Sequence record: LR756511.1
Reading direction: 5' to 3' (one strand)
DNA length: 64,000 bases
Shown: positions 9,534 through 19,676 of the stretch, piece by piece
Numbering within the stretch: position 1 is the first letter of the stretch
How the letters are laid out: every line of letters starts with the position of its first letter
Notes under the pieces: generated by a model
The model's database searches: none
Seen by the model: the letters and a program-made list of their open reading frames with translations, nothing else
Told to the model about the DNA's origin: nothing
Translations under genes and position numbers: made by a program

Positions 9534-10061
9534 TTAAAATTCTAATCCTTCTGAATCAAAAGTAATTCCCTGAGCCTTCAATCGACGTGCATAACCCTCT
9601 AAATCTGGAACGAATTTTACGTTATACCACTTCTGTATAAACCGAAGCGGCTTTCGAATCATTTCCTGACGTTGGGCCTGTCGAGGATCACTACTGAAAA
9701 ATTCGCCGCTCGGCGTTTGTGAAAAGACTGATGGGGAGAATTGAGAAAGATAAGGCCGATAGGAAGCAATCTTTCGCTTATCATCTTGGTCAAATACCAC
9801 CGTAGGACGGTCATCCGCTTCTCGCGTAACAACCCACCTTATATCAAGGGGCGTTGCATAAGGAATGACATCTTTTAATTTCCCAGCAAATACACCCTTT
9901 TCTTTTTGCCAACCCGAAGGAATCTTCTCCTGTGTGTCAAATGTACCGCTACCTTTCCAGTCTGGACTACGATAATAAGTTCTCATATTGGCTGAGAAAT
10001 CGCCAATCGGGTCTTTGTCAATACGATAAACGTTTTCCCACCATCCCTTAAAATTTAACAT
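9534..10061 (-). CDS. Hypothetical protein with CTS-like leader (MLNFKGWWE)
   Basis: 175-aa ORF; TATAAATA 4 nt before ATG. Confidence 0.75.
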   Translation of the reverse strand: MLNFKGWWENVYRIDKDPIGDFSANMRTYYRSPDWKGSGTFDTQEKIPSGWQKEKGVFAGKLKDVIPYATPLDIRWVVTREADDRPTVVFDQDDKRKIASYRPYLSQFSPSVFSQTPSGEFFSSDPRQAQRQEMIRKPLRFIQKWYNVKFVPDLEGYARRLKAQGITFDSEGLEF

Positions 10062-10065
10062 ATCC

Positions 10066-10073
10066 TATTTATA
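10066..10073 (-). promoter_or_regulatory. T4-type late promoter TATAAATA
   Basis: Exact T4 late consensus in an 18-nt divergent intergenic gap. Confidence 0.7.
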
Positions 10074-10079
10074 TACTGT

Positions 10080-10274
10080 ATGGAATACAAAATCGTTTAT
10101 GGCACAGGCAACTTAGGAGTAAGGCCGATTTATACCAATCAAGATGACAACGTAGGTCAGATTATGGACCAAGCCTTAACATTACCTTCCAAGACTGCTC
10201 CTACGATTCTCTATACGGTCAAGACTCTTGATCCAACCCTTCCATTTTACCTTGTTGTAGGACCAAAACTATGA
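10080..10274 (+). CDS. Small hypothetical protein
   Basis: 64-aa ORF, stop overlaps next ATG. Confidence 0.55.
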   Translation: MEYKIVYGTGNLGVRPIYTNQDDNVGQIMDQALTLPSKTAPTILYTVKTLDPTLPFYLVVGPKL

Positions 10275-10633
10275 AATTAGATTTCAGAGACTTCACAGAA
10301 GCGGTGCTTAGAATAAACAACCCCTTTGACCCACTTGGACGTGGAGCTAAAACCGTTGGTATAAATAGGGTCGATCCAGAAGAAATTGAACACCTAAAAG
10401 CCGCCAGAGATGCCTTACAAGATAAAGCAATGGGCAATACTGCGGTAATTTCAGCATTGGGCCATTTGCAAAAAGCAATGATGATTGTGGGTCAAGCAAG
10501 CCCGCATTACAAAATGCTAACTCTTGCTGCCGATTATCTAAGTAAACAAGGAAGCGGCGCAATTCCAGTCGATCTAGCCCGCTCTCTCCAAGCTATTGAT
10601 GTTGCAATTAAACAAATTAATCAAGCGGCTTAG
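10271..10633 (+). CDS. Hypothetical protein with CTS-like leader (MKLDFRDFTE)
   Basis: 120-aa helical ORF. Confidence 0.7.
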   Translation: MKLDFRDFTEAVLRINNPFDPLGRGAKTVGINRVDPEEIEHLKAARDALQDKAMGNTAVISALGHLQKAMMIVGQASPHYKMLTLAADYLSKQGSGAIPVDLARSLQAIDVAIKQINQAA

Positions 10634-11286
10634 TACAGGAAAATCCAATCATTCGGTATCAGGACCAGAGTTACACTTGATTCTTCAAGCAGGAATCGAC
10701 TGGAGTAAGGACTATAATCATCCCTGGCGGTTATCCCTTTGTCTAATGCTAAAACTATATCAATACCAGCATTGATAATGACTTTTACACATTCGATACA
10801 TGGAACGCCGCAATAACAAAACATATATGCGCCCGCGACACTTCTATTTGCCCTAGCAATCGCATCAATCTCACCATGAATACAACTGCATAACTCAAGC
10901 CGTTTGCCTCTAGGAGCGTCCACAATTTTCCTTGGGCACTCCCGCGAATTACAAAAGTTTCTCGCAAATGCCTCGCATACAGGCATTTCGTATTCAAACT
11001 TCATTGTAAACTTTGACTTAGCGTTCTCTATCTCTTCGTGAGTCAATTGTGGGAAGACTATCTTCTCCAAGTAGTCCGCATCGTCATTACCAGGACAACC
11101 TTGTGGTGGGCCATTGTGCCCTGATGAAATTAAAGAATTGGTGTCGGGGTCTACAATGACGACGCCAATTTGCCGCGACAAACAAGGACTTTCAACCTCC
11201 TTGACCGCCTTGGCAAGCTTGAACCATTTTCTAGCTTCTTCGTGCTTTAGCTTAAAGTCGTGCGGAAAGAAGTTTTTCATTTTCAT
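10630..11286 (-). CDS. dCMP deaminase family protein
   Basis: SPCLSRQIG, SGHNGPP, HGEIDAI, PCIECVKVIINAGI. Confidence 0.88.
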   Translation of the reverse strand: MKMKNFFPHDFKLKHEEARKWFKLAKAVKEVESPCLSRQIGVVIVDPDTNSLISSGHNGPPQGCPGNDDADYLEKIVFPQLTHEEIENAKSKFTMKFEYEMPVCEAFARNFCNSRECPRKIVDAPRGKRLELCSCIHGEIDAIARANRSVAGAYMFCYCGVPCIECVKVIINAGIDIVLALDKGITARDDYSPYSSRFLLEESSVTLVLIPNDWIFLY

Positions 11287-11915
11287 GACGCTTTACGCCT
11301 TTTAGGTCTATTGGCCGCTTTTTCTCTATAAATACGCCACTTGTCTAAATCCCAAGCCGCATAGGACATACCCTCCATCCTTGCCACCCTCATAGCAAGC
11401 TGTTCAACTTCCAGATATACATTCGGATATTTCTTACTACCTGGAGTTGATTTGGGCACATCATACCCTAAATCATTAAGATATTGAAGGATATGAACGT
11501 CCAAGGGAATACATTCTGCGTTCTCACGGCTATGCAAAATAAAGAGCCGTGAAGTCTTCATGCCTATGTTGTGAATCTTTTCTAAATCAAATGTTGAGCA
11601 TGTTCGAAGGTCTAAACCAGCCCTAACAAGCTGGTAAATCCCCTTCGATTTGTGTGTCATGCACCCAAACCCATACTCCTTAAGAGCAAAGGCAAGACTT
11701 GGGATTCGATCCAATTCAAAGCGACTACATATCTCGAAAGGGGAATCGCCAAGATAGGAGAAATCACTTAAAAACTTGTCTAGATGTTTACAAACGGTTA
11801 GAGCATTCTTTCCAGCAACCAAGATGCCGAAAATAATCATTTCCTCTAACTCGTTGTCAGTTCTATTGAAGTTTGTGATATTGATTGGATCAACCATTAT
11901 TACCTTCCGCAACAT
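11283..11915 (-). CDS. HhH DNA glycosylase-like (Ogg/EndoIII fold)
   Basis: LEKIHNIGMKTSRLF HhH, PLDVHIL catalytic-Asp motif. Confidence 0.65.
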   Translation of the reverse strand: MLRKVIMVDPINITNFNRTDNELEEMIIFGILVAGKNALTVCKHLDKFLSDFSYLGDSPFEICSRFELDRIPSLAFALKEYGFGCMTHKSKGIYQLVRAGLDLRTCSTFDLEKIHNIGMKTSRLFILHSRENAECIPLDVHILQYLNDLGYDVPKSTPGSKKYPNVYLEVEQLAMRVARMEGMSYAAWDLDKWRIYREKAANRPKRRKAS

Positions 11916-12168
11916 CTATAATAAGTTCACGGAATTCTTTAAACTCATCCAGCGTCATTCTATCTTTCTTCTTAACCTTCTTGTTGTAAAAAGAAAGATA
12001 TTTTCGCATGTCGGCTTCAGTCATGTTCTTATATTGAATATAAGACTCAAAGCTGGTAAGATTATCTAAGGCTTTCTTGAAGTTCTCTGTTAGAACCCAC
12101 GCTTCAGCGGGCGTTACCTCATAACCATTTTCCGCCATCATCCGCCGCAATTCCAAATAATCGTCCAT
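11890..12168 (-). CDS. Hypothetical protein
   Basis: 92-aa ORF in operon. Confidence 0.65.
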   Translation of the reverse strand: MDDYLELRRMMAENGYEVTPAEAWVLTENFKKALDNLTSFESYIQYKNMTEADMRKYLSFYNKKVKKKDRMTLDEFKEFRELIIDVAEGNNG

Positions 12169-12509
12169 TATGCTGTCTTCTTACCTTTCCGCTCCAAATA
12201 ATGTTTACGCGCATATCTCATCGCTGAATATTGAATAAGACCATAATAATCTGGTTCTTCTTCAAAGTCCGCAATCTGTATTTTAAATGGAGGCAGTTTT
12301 AGAGCTTTTGCAATCCGTTCCCACTCAGAGACGGGAACATCTGTCTCTTTCGAAACCGAGACACCATCTTCCACAACGCATCGGTCCCAAGACTTACGGG
12401 ACATCACAGCGAAAAGATACGTCGCTCGCTCATTACTATCAGCTAAAAACACCGCAATCGGAAGTTTTTCTTTATCGAAAAACATATAGAATTCAGCGGC
12501 CATTAACAT
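12168..12509 (-). CDS. Hypothetical protein
   Basis: 113-aa ORF in operon. Confidence 0.65.
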   Translation of the reverse strand: MLMAAEFYMFFDKEKLPIAVFLADSNERATYLFAVMSRKSWDRCVVEDGVSVSKETDVPVSEWERIAKALKLPPFKIQIADFEEEPDYYGLIQYSAMRYARKHYLERKGKKTA

Positions 12510-12514
12510 CGTCC

Positions 12515-13027
12515 CTATACGTCGAATGGTTTGATTATTCTATCCACTTCTTCGTAAACACGATCCTTGTTCAAACGCTCCAACTCTTTTCTTAATGTAT
12601 TACCACGGTTTTGCGCGTTCTCATGGTTTTTATCCCATGCCCGCAAGTGCTGGTGGATTAAGCGAACCGCATACTTCAATTCGATTGCTAGTGTTTGAAG
12701 CGCCACAATCTTTTCCTTAGCAGCAACAACCGTAGGCTCAACCTTCGCTTTCGTTTCAGTCAATTTGTCGCTGCCGCCCTCTGTGTCTTTAATCGTGGCA
12801 AACACCTTGGAGTACAAACGGTCATATTGATCTTCTTCCTTCTCAATTGCCATCTCCATCTGAGCTAACTCGCGTTCGGCGTCAGCTAATCTAGCACCAA
12901 AGTAGTCGATCCAACCACCTTCTGTTTCTAAATATTCGCTGAGCGTGCCTTCGCAAAATTGAAGCTTACTCGTATCCAATACTACTGATTTATCGCCAAT
13001 TGTTACTGTTCGTTTTTCATCAAGCAT
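12515..13027 (-). CDS. Coiled-coil protein, possible UvsY-like recombination mediator
   Basis: Long heptad helix, size and position downstream of helicase; inference. Confidence 0.45.
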   Translation of the reverse strand: MLDEKRTVTIGDKSVVLDTSKLQFCEGTLSEYLETEGGWIDYFGARLADAERELAQMEMAIEKEEDQYDRLYSKVFATIKDTEGGSDKLTETKAKVEPTVVAAKEKIVALQTLAIELKYAVRLIHQHLRAWDKNHENAQNRGNTLRKELERLNKDRVYEEVDRIIKPFDV

Positions 13028-13070
13028 AATAACTCCATTCTACAAATCAAAATTTATTTCGCTAGATCAA

Positions 13071-14639
13071 TTATCCAACCCTCTCGCCGTCGCTTGGGGC
13101 AAATGTCGTCGGTTTGCCAACACTGATCTTATCAATTGCTGTTTCCGTGCGGTCTACATCAGCATCTTCTGCCCTGGTCATTTCACTCATGTATGCCGCG
13201 TGGCTAATTTCTTCCAATTTCAAAGTTTGATCCTTAAAGTGATATCGTATTTTGAAATCAAATCTACTCTGACCATTTCTCGTCTTCGCAATGAAACCAC
13301 GACCAACATTAGCCTTCTGTTCCGCCTTTGTCGTATTTAAAGTGATGAAAAGATCAAAAATACGGTCTTGCTTAAATGCATCTGCCTGATTCGATTCGTC
13401 CATGAACTCATCTAGCGTCAATTCTGTAGATGATTTATTAGGATGCAGTGCAATCAATGCACAATGTTGTTCCTCGCCAGCAAAACCTCTAATTTCCTGT
13501 AGTATGTTAAATCTCGCATCCCAACTAGAAATATTGGTCTGATGCTTCATATCGCCTGGATAATCATAAACCACCAAATCTGGCTTAAATCCGACCATAA
13601 CCAATTGAGAGACATATGCTCTCGCTTTAGCCATGTCGAGTGTGCCACTCGGAAACTGCTTAATGATTAGTCTACGCTTGTCTTCATACTCGGTAACAAC
13701 GTCTCTTAATGCTTGCCAAACTTCTTCTTTTCTTAGCATTAATTGATGTTGGCCGATATTGCTAAACATCGCGTCAAAGCGAGTTGCAATACGGTCTTGA
13801 TCCATCTCAGTAGACAGATAAAGAACCTTCTTACCTCTTGCAGCGTTCAGTGAAGAAACCCAAGTTAACCAGAGCGATTTACCACCACCTGAGCGAGCCA
13901 TGACAGCACCAAGCTCACCTCTGGTTAGCCCGCCGCCCATCAAAGCGCCGTCTACCGAACGGAAACCCATCGTAAAGGTTTCCAAATTGGCGATATTAGC
14001 TTCAATTCTCGCGTAGCGTTCCTCTGGTGATTCGAAATAGTTAAGACCTAAATCAAAATTACGATTAACCAATCTGGCTTCCCGATATAATTGGTCAATC
14101 TTATCCCAAGTCTCATCCGACTCTGGATTCCTACGCATCAATTCAATTGATTTAGCAAAAGCTGCTTTGGTAGCCTGCGTGCGAGCAAAGGTTGTAATAC
14201 GATCTAATACAGCATCCGTGGAATCGAGCAGCGGCATCATGTTGCCCACGCCGCCCTTGCTGTAATAATCGTAGATTAGATTTACTTCTGTATTATATAA
14301 CAGCTTAACAGAACGATAACTGTCGTCCTTGTTTTGATATCGTCTCTTGAGATAATCGTCAACTAACTCCCGTAAGAATATCTTACTTGGCGGCTGTTTA
14401 TAATTGTTGAAGTATTTGAACAACATTCGACATACTTCCTGATGGATTTCACTTCGGAAGTATGTGGGCTTAATTAAGCCTGCACCCTGGCATAAAAAGA
14501 AGCGATTACAAAGAAGCATTCCTAGCAACATACGAAGGAAATCGTCGTTGTAAGGATACCTTGGTGTTTCTTCTTGTTGATCGGGATTGATTAAGGAATC
14601 TAGAATTGCTTGATCGTGTTCATTAAGTTTATTTTCCAT
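13071..14639 (-). CDS. Replicative DnaB/gp41-like helicase
   Basis: GGLTRGELGAVMARSGGGKS, YLSTEM, IIKQFPSG, PDLVVYDY, KTRNG. Confidence 0.88.
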   Translation of the reverse strand: MENKLNEHDQAILDSLINPDQQEETPRYPYNDDFLRMLLGMLLCNRFFLCQGAGLIKPTYFRSEIHQEVCRMLFKYFNNYKQPPSKIFLRELVDDYLKRRYQNKDDSYRSVKLLYNTEVNLIYDYYSKGGVGNMMPLLDSTDAVLDRITTFARTQATKAAFAKSIELMRRNPESDETWDKIDQLYREARLVNRNFDLGLNYFESPEERYARIEANIANLETFTMGFRSVDGALMGGGLTRGELGAVMARSGGGKSLWLTWVSSLNAARGKKVLYLSTEMDQDRIATRFDAMFSNIGQHQLMLRKEEVWQALRDVVTEYEDKRRLIIKQFPSGTLDMAKARAYVSQLVMVGFKPDLVVYDYPGDMKHQTNISSWDARFNILQEIRGFAGEEQHCALIALHPNKSSTELTLDEFMDESNQADAFKQDRIFDLFITLNTTKAEQKANVGRGFIAKTRNGQSRFDFKIRYHFKDQTLKLEEISHAAYMSEMTRAEDADVDRTETAIDKISVGKPTTFAPSDGERVG

Positions 14640-14640
14640 A

Positions 14641-15660
14641 CTACACCTTATTTAGAAACAGGCAGACGAATAGCAGGCAGACTGTAACAGAAAATAAGTA
14701 TGAGTGCAAAGCTAATTTTTCCAGCTTCGTTTTCTCAGAAACCACTTTCCTATTCTCTTCCAGCACTTGCTGCAAATCGTAAGCTAAGGTTTTAGAAGCA
14801 TTTAAAGCGTAGTATTTCCCGTTGCCATAATCTGCAATTTGTCTCAAAATTTCTTCATCCATCAAAGAAGTAGAAATCTGATTTCTTTCATCCATAATGT
14901 ATTCTATAAAGTTTCCTTTACTATCTCTGACAATAAGTGGTGCTGGCTTGTCACTTCCAACACCAACTGTGTAGAACTTAAAGTTTTTAGCGGCCAATGC
15001 TCGCGTCAACTGCAACACTCTAGCTCTATTTGTTGCCAACGCCTCTTCTCTACCACCATCCGATAACAGAACAATGATATTCAATCCTGATTTATCAATT
15101 CGATCTTTTTTGATGTAGATTTCATTAATTGCTTCCACCGCCTTTGACAAGTCCGTGCCCAATGCGGGTGCGGATCGCCAATCCAATTGTTCCAGAGTTT
15201 CAAGGAACGAATTTTGATTGTGAGTGAGCGGACAGAAGTAGGGGTTGGTGTCGCCAGCAAAAGGAAGAATCGAAGATTCATAAACGCCATCAAGCGACGT
15301 GTAGAACTTCTTAATCTCCTGTTTCGTGGCTTCTAACCGATTGGGAGGCACATCTTCGGCATAAACCATCGACCTAGAAACATCTACAACAAAAATAAGG
15401 CGAATATCATCGTATTGCCTATACTTGGTCTTCACATAAATATAAGGCTCAGCTAACGCTAAAATTGCTAACGACATTGCTATAACATAACAAACATACG
15501 ATGATATTCGCCTCTTCCACGTCGGGATATTGCTATAAGCCAATAGCTCCCTGGCGTCTCTTTGGAACCTGCGTAGACGCCATATGCTCCAAAAAAACGC
15601 AATAATTACAAGCGGAAGCATAACAAACAGCCACAATACCTTTGGCAATACAAAGTGCAT
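14641..15660 (-). CDS. vWA-domain membrane protein (BatB-like)
   Basis: N-terminal TM helices, VVDVSRSM MIDAS, DVPPNRLE, GTDL, LLSDG; start re-assigned to ATG 15660. Confidence 0.88.
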   Translation of the reverse strand: MHFVLPKVLWLFVMLPLVIIAFFWSIWRLRRFQRDARELLAYSNIPTWKRRISSYVCYVIAMSLAILALAEPYIYVKTKYRQYDDIRLIFVVDVSRSMVYAEDVPPNRLEATKQEIKKFYTSLDGVYESSILPFAGDTNPYFCPLTHNQNSFLETLEQLDWRSAPALGTDLSKAVEAINEIYIKKDRIDKSGLNIIVLLSDGGREEALATNRARVLQLTRALAAKNFKFYTVGVGSDKPAPLIVRDSKGNFIEYIMDERNQISTSLMDEEILRQIADYGNGKYYALNASKTLAYDLQQVLEENRKVVSEKTKLEKLALHSYLFSVTVCLLFVCLFLNKV

Positions 15661-15661
15661 G

Positions 15662-16375
15662 TTAATTACCTGAAGATTTATTGACGCCAAACTTCTTGCT
15701 ATTAAGCATCTGCTTCTTACGCTGCTGTGGACCTGTGCCACTTCCCATCAGCTTATCTTTATTCTTAATCAACAACTCAATATTTACTACGGTATTAATG
15801 TCATTAGGTTTACAACGTAAAGCCTGCTTGTAATACATTACTGTCTGATTAAAGATTTCTGGTGCTGATTCCTTGTCCGCTATCAATTCCAGAAACCGAT
15901 AGGAGATTTCACCTTTCAGATAATTAGTATAGAAGTTAAGGTCATCGTCCTTGTCTTCCTTGACTTTCTCCACTTCTTTTCTAGCCTTCTCGTATAATTT
16001 GACCGCCTTATCCAACGCCAGCTTAGTCAGTGGGTGTAAACTGTCGCCAATGCCACCTGCGGCGGTTTCTATCTCTACTGCCCTACGCAAATTGACTTCC
16101 GCTTCCTCAAAGTAAAGCAATGATCTTTTGAGGTAGAACTTTTGCGACAACTTAGCGAAATCCTTAACCATTATTTCGGTCGGACCACCTAACTCTGCCG
16201 ACGAAGTTGCTCCATTAATCAATCCTCCAAGATAATGTTCGTTCTCTTGACGCGCATAATCTGCATCAACCTTTGACTTGGCATTATTTTCGATAGAGCT
16301 TTCTAGTCTTTCGAAATATAGCCACGCCGCAATCGTGCAGCCCAAAAGAACAAAAGCAGCAATCAATTTCTTCAT
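15662..16375 (-). CDS. TPR-like protein (BatC-like)
   Basis: N-terminal TM/signal, YYKQALRCKPNDINTVVNIELL TPR-like motif. Confidence 0.7.
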   Translation of the reverse strand: MKKLIAAFVLLGCTIAAWLYFERLESSIENNAKSKVDADYARQENEHYLGGLINGATSSAELGGPTEIMVKDFAKLSQKFYLKRSLLYFEEAEVNLRRAVEIETAAGGIGDSLHPLTKLALDKAVKLYEKARKEVEKVKEDKDDDLNFYTNYLKGEISYRFLELIADKESAPEIFNQTVMYYKQALRCKPNDINTVVNIELLIKNKDKLMGSGTGPQQRKKQMLNSKKFGVNKSSGN

Positions 16376-16376
16376 A

Positions 16377-17426
16377 TTAAACCTCTGTGAACTCCAATTG
16401 AACCACAGATCGCCAGATCAAACCAATAACCAATAGGAAGAATGCGTATAAACCAATCCATCCTGATATAGAATTGTCCTTCATCTGCTCCTTCATCTCA
16501 TATTCGGCAGCTTGACTAGAAGCTATTTCCTCATAAATCTGCTCTAGCCGCCTCTTGTCATATCCACTTTTAACGATCTCGCCACGACCACCTGTAGCTC
16601 TGGAATACTCTATAATCGTGCTATCCAGGTTGAAAATCGAAATGAAGTATACCCGAATGCCCAACATTTTGCAAAAGTTGATAATCTTGTAGGAAGACAT
16701 CTTCTGCTCCGATCCACGCGGATCAAAAATACCGTCTGTGAAGATGATGATTGAACCACCCTTGAAATGCTCTTTCTTGGCGACAATACTCTCTAAAACA
16801 GGGTCCATCTTCACATGATGCTCCATCCCCAAAAATCTAATCTGCAAATGATTCAAGTCTTTCTCTGGAACTACATCCTTGTAGGATAACAACATATCCA
16901 CCCCAGCCCATAAACCAGCCTCAATATCGGTGCCCTGGTTCATTGGCTCTGCACGGTAATCAATCCTCTTCAACTTCCTTTGCACAAATTGTGGGTCTTC
17001 ACTCAGGTTCGATACCACAAACGCATCATTAGAGAACACAATCGCGCCAACCAAATCCTTTGTGCCGTCTTTCCGTTTGCCAAGAACATCGAATAGTTTA
17101 TCATTGCCGCTTAAAACAGCGGTCAATTCATCGCCAATGCCATTTTCCTTGGAGCCATTCACCATCGAACCGCTACCATCGTTGACCAAAACATACTTGT
17201 GGGCTAGGTATGTTTTGGTAACTTCTTTCGTCTTCCAGACGAAGTTACATGCGGCGATGAGGAACAGGAAAGCGACCAGCGGAACAAATTTTATTGTATC
17301 TTCGCCACCTTTACTCTGAACGTGTTGAAGGTATGGATGGCGGAAATAGAACTTCCTAACTTTCCTGTACCACCAATACAAAACAAATAAGAGCAAAAGT
17401 AACAGGAACCAAGGATACTCAATCAT
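16377..17426 (-). CDS. vWA-domain membrane protein (BatA-like)
   Basis: YPWFLLLLLL N-terminal TM, DGSGSM MIDAS, GTDI..GL, IIFTDG, C-terminal TM. Confidence 0.85.
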   Translation of the reverse strand: MIEYPWFLLLLLLFVLYWWYRKVRKFYFRHPYLQHVQSKGGEDTIKFVPLVAFLFLIAACNFVWKTKEVTKTYLAHKYVLVNDGSGSMVNGSKENGIGDELTAVLSGNDKLFDVLGKRKDGTKDLVGAIVFSNDAFVVSNLSEDPQFVQRKLKRIDYRAEPMNQGTDIEAGLWAGVDMLLSYKDVVPEKDLNHLQIRFLGMEHHVKMDPVLESIVAKKEHFKGGSIIIFTDGIFDPRGSEQKMSSYKIINFCKMLGIRVYFISIFNLDSTIIEYSRATGGRGEIVKSGYDKRRLEQIYEEIASSQAAEYEMKEQMKDNSISGWIGLYAFFLLVIGLIWRSVVQLEFTEV

Positions 17427-18843
17427 ATTTTCGCTCGAAACAGAATCTACTGAGGGTCTTCCTCAATAACTCAACATTTGGATTACTTTCATTCTCTCGA
17501 AATACCCTATTCAACTCCTGCGTCAACATCTTAAAGTTATCATTGCACTTATTTAGGTCAAGACTATAGAGAGATACACCCCAACAAGCATTCAAAACCC
17601 TATTCAATCTAGATGCAATGAGAAGATATTCTTTCTTCCAATCTTCATGCACAGTGCCAGTGCTACCAGCCAACTCACTCCACAATTCAACCTTATGATC
17701 TGGTTTACGCTTCTTACGATTGGCAAAATCCATATATACCAATGAAAGCATTAACACTGTCAACCCACCAAGGAACGTAAGCACTGGAAACTTGGCACTA
17801 TTCATAAATATATCCTCAGCCTCCAGAGTCCACGGCTCTTTGAAAGGTCTAATCTCATTAATATGCAAATACGGGAAGTTGCGAGCCTGGATATCCTCTA
17901 TCTCTGTGCCTTCGATCACGCTCTTAATCCCAAACTGACAGAGATTAGATTTAGTGGTTCTCAACTTGTTGTGATGCTCGAAAGACACAATCACTGGCTG
18001 AATCACAAAGTTACCAAAGTTCAATTCCCTAAATGGATACTTAACTATAATCGTCTTCCTATGCCCATTCTGGACTTCCTCAATCTCTTGCGGAAGTGAA
18101 TCTAGCCATAATTCACCTGGATTTGGAAATGGAACTAATGTCTGCCCAAACTGAGGTAACAAATCCTTGCGAACACTCACTTCTGGATTCATTACATCAA
18201 TCGTTAACTTCAAAACTCTCAATTCCCCTAAGTGGGAATTAGCTTCCGTTTCCACAGAAAGTGTAGCCTTCACAGGATCAGCCAGTGGAACCCACGCAAT
18301 TACCGCCGTCTTAACCCAAAAGCTATCCTTCGCAATCAGATTAGCCAAGACAAGCATATTCGAAGGATACTTGAGATTGTCAACCTGAACCACATATAAT
18401 CCAGGCCCAACATCCTTAATTACCTTATAATCAGCCTTTGTTTCATCTGTGAGACGCTTTATTAGGTCTTCCTTGCTCACATTTGGCTGAACTCTGATAA
18501 GGATTTCATTAATCGCTGAGCATTCAAACCCTTCATACATAATGACAGGATAGACAGGCTTGCCCTCAAGCTTATTAAGGGCAGCAAATGTTTCCGCTTT
18601 TGTCTTGAAGAACAACAGCAGTCCATTAAGACGGTCGTTCTCGATTTCTTTAAACCGCTCTACACCACCCATCTTCTCGATGGACTTAATAAATTTCTTC
18701 TTGTCATCGGCTGAAGAAATGTCAACATAAAGTTTGTTGACCATGACCGCACCATGACTGTGCAATTCATCGTCGTAGTAGTGGAAGTCTTCTGGTTGAT
18801 ACCCGCCAAGTAGTATAGTTGCGGCTAGAATTAAGCTATTCAT
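17419..18843 (-). CDS. BatD-like exported protein
   Basis: Signal peptide, beta-rich middle, C-terminal TM; position in MoxR operon. Confidence 0.5.
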   Translation of the reverse strand: MNSLILAATILLGGYQPEDFHYYDDELHSHGAVMVNKLYVDISSADDKKKFIKSIEKMGGVERFKEIENDRLNGLLLFFKTKAETFAALNKLEGKPVYPVIMYEGFECSAINEILIRVQPNVSKEDLIKRLTDETKADYKVIKDVGPGLYVVQVDNLKYPSNMLVLANLIAKDSFWVKTAVIAWVPLADPVKATLSVETEANSHLGELRVLKLTIDVMNPEVSVRKDLLPQFGQTLVPFPNPGELWLDSLPQEIEEVQNGHRKTIIVKYPFRELNFGNFVIQPVIVSFEHHNKLRTTKSNLCQFGIKSVIEGTEIEDIQARNFPYLHINEIRPFKEPWTLEAEDIFMNSAKFPVLTFLGGLTVLMLSLVYMDFANRKKRKPDHKVELWSELAGSTGTVHEDWKKEYLLIASRLNRVLNACWGVSLYSLDLNKCNDNFKMLTQELNRVFRENESNPNVELLRKTLSRFCFERKYD

Positions 18844-19676
18844 TACGTCCTCATCAAGTGCTTGACCAATGGAAGTAAAAATCTTTCCTGTTTTACGTCC
18901 AAGAAAATCACATCGCTATAACAACCTAGTAATTTCTTCTTCAGGTCGGAAGACCATTCATCAAAATCTGATTTTGCCGACTTTGTATAGTAAGTGCCCG
19001 TCGCACCTGTTTCGGCATCCTTCAAGGTCACATAACAACTTGATTTCAAGGATGCAAACCAGTCGGACGGATTGTGCATGACAACATTCAAAAAAGTATT
19101 GGTAGGTGTTAACGCAATCTTCTTAATGTTGTTCAAAAAGCCATCGGTGATAGGATAACAAAAATCAGAAATAAAAACAACGAGGGAATTCTTGAGAGAC
19201 AAATCGGCAACCTTCTTCAAACTCACTTCAACAGATGTTTCTGAGTCCATCCGCAACATATTCCACGCCTTCTCAATATTCCCGATCACCGAGGAATAAT
19301 CTTCCGCTACGTCTGTAATTGCCGAACCTGTATCTGTACAAACACACAAACCAATTCGCTCGTTATTAATATCACCTAAATAACAAAGATACAACGCCGT
19401 TACTACAGCAGCATCCAACTTGCTATACTGAGATGAGCTTAAATCTAAAACAATGAATAAGTTTAAAGATCGCTCAGGATTAAACACTCTTGACATAGTT
19501 CTTCCAGATTTAAGGCTGGATTTACTGTCTAAGCGTTTATCCCCAGGCTGATACTCCCGCACAACATCCACTTCAATCAAACTATCTTTAAGCAAAGTGG
19601 GATGGTTGCCAGAAGAAAAGCTATCGAGAAACTTCTTCGCTGTTAACTCTAAAGAACGAAAGTTCTTCTTTTTCAT
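18843..19676 (-). CDS. DUF58 family protein
   Basis: VREYQPGD, ER.LNLFIVLDLSSS, VVFISDF; follows MoxR. Confidence 0.85.
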   Translation of the reverse strand: MKKKNFRSLELTAKKFLDSFSSGNHPTLLKDSLIEVDVVREYQPGDKRLDSKSSLKSGRTMSRVFNPERSLNLFIVLDLSSSQYSKLDAAVVTALYLCYLGDINNERIGLCVCTDTGSAITDVAEDYSSVIGNIEKAWNMLRMDSETSVEVSLKKVADLSLKNSLVVFISDFCYPITDGFLNNIKKIALTPTNTFLNVVMHNPSDWFASLKSSCYVTLKDAETGATGTYYTKSAKSDFDEWSSDLKKKLLGCYSDVIFLDVKQERFLLPLVKHLMRT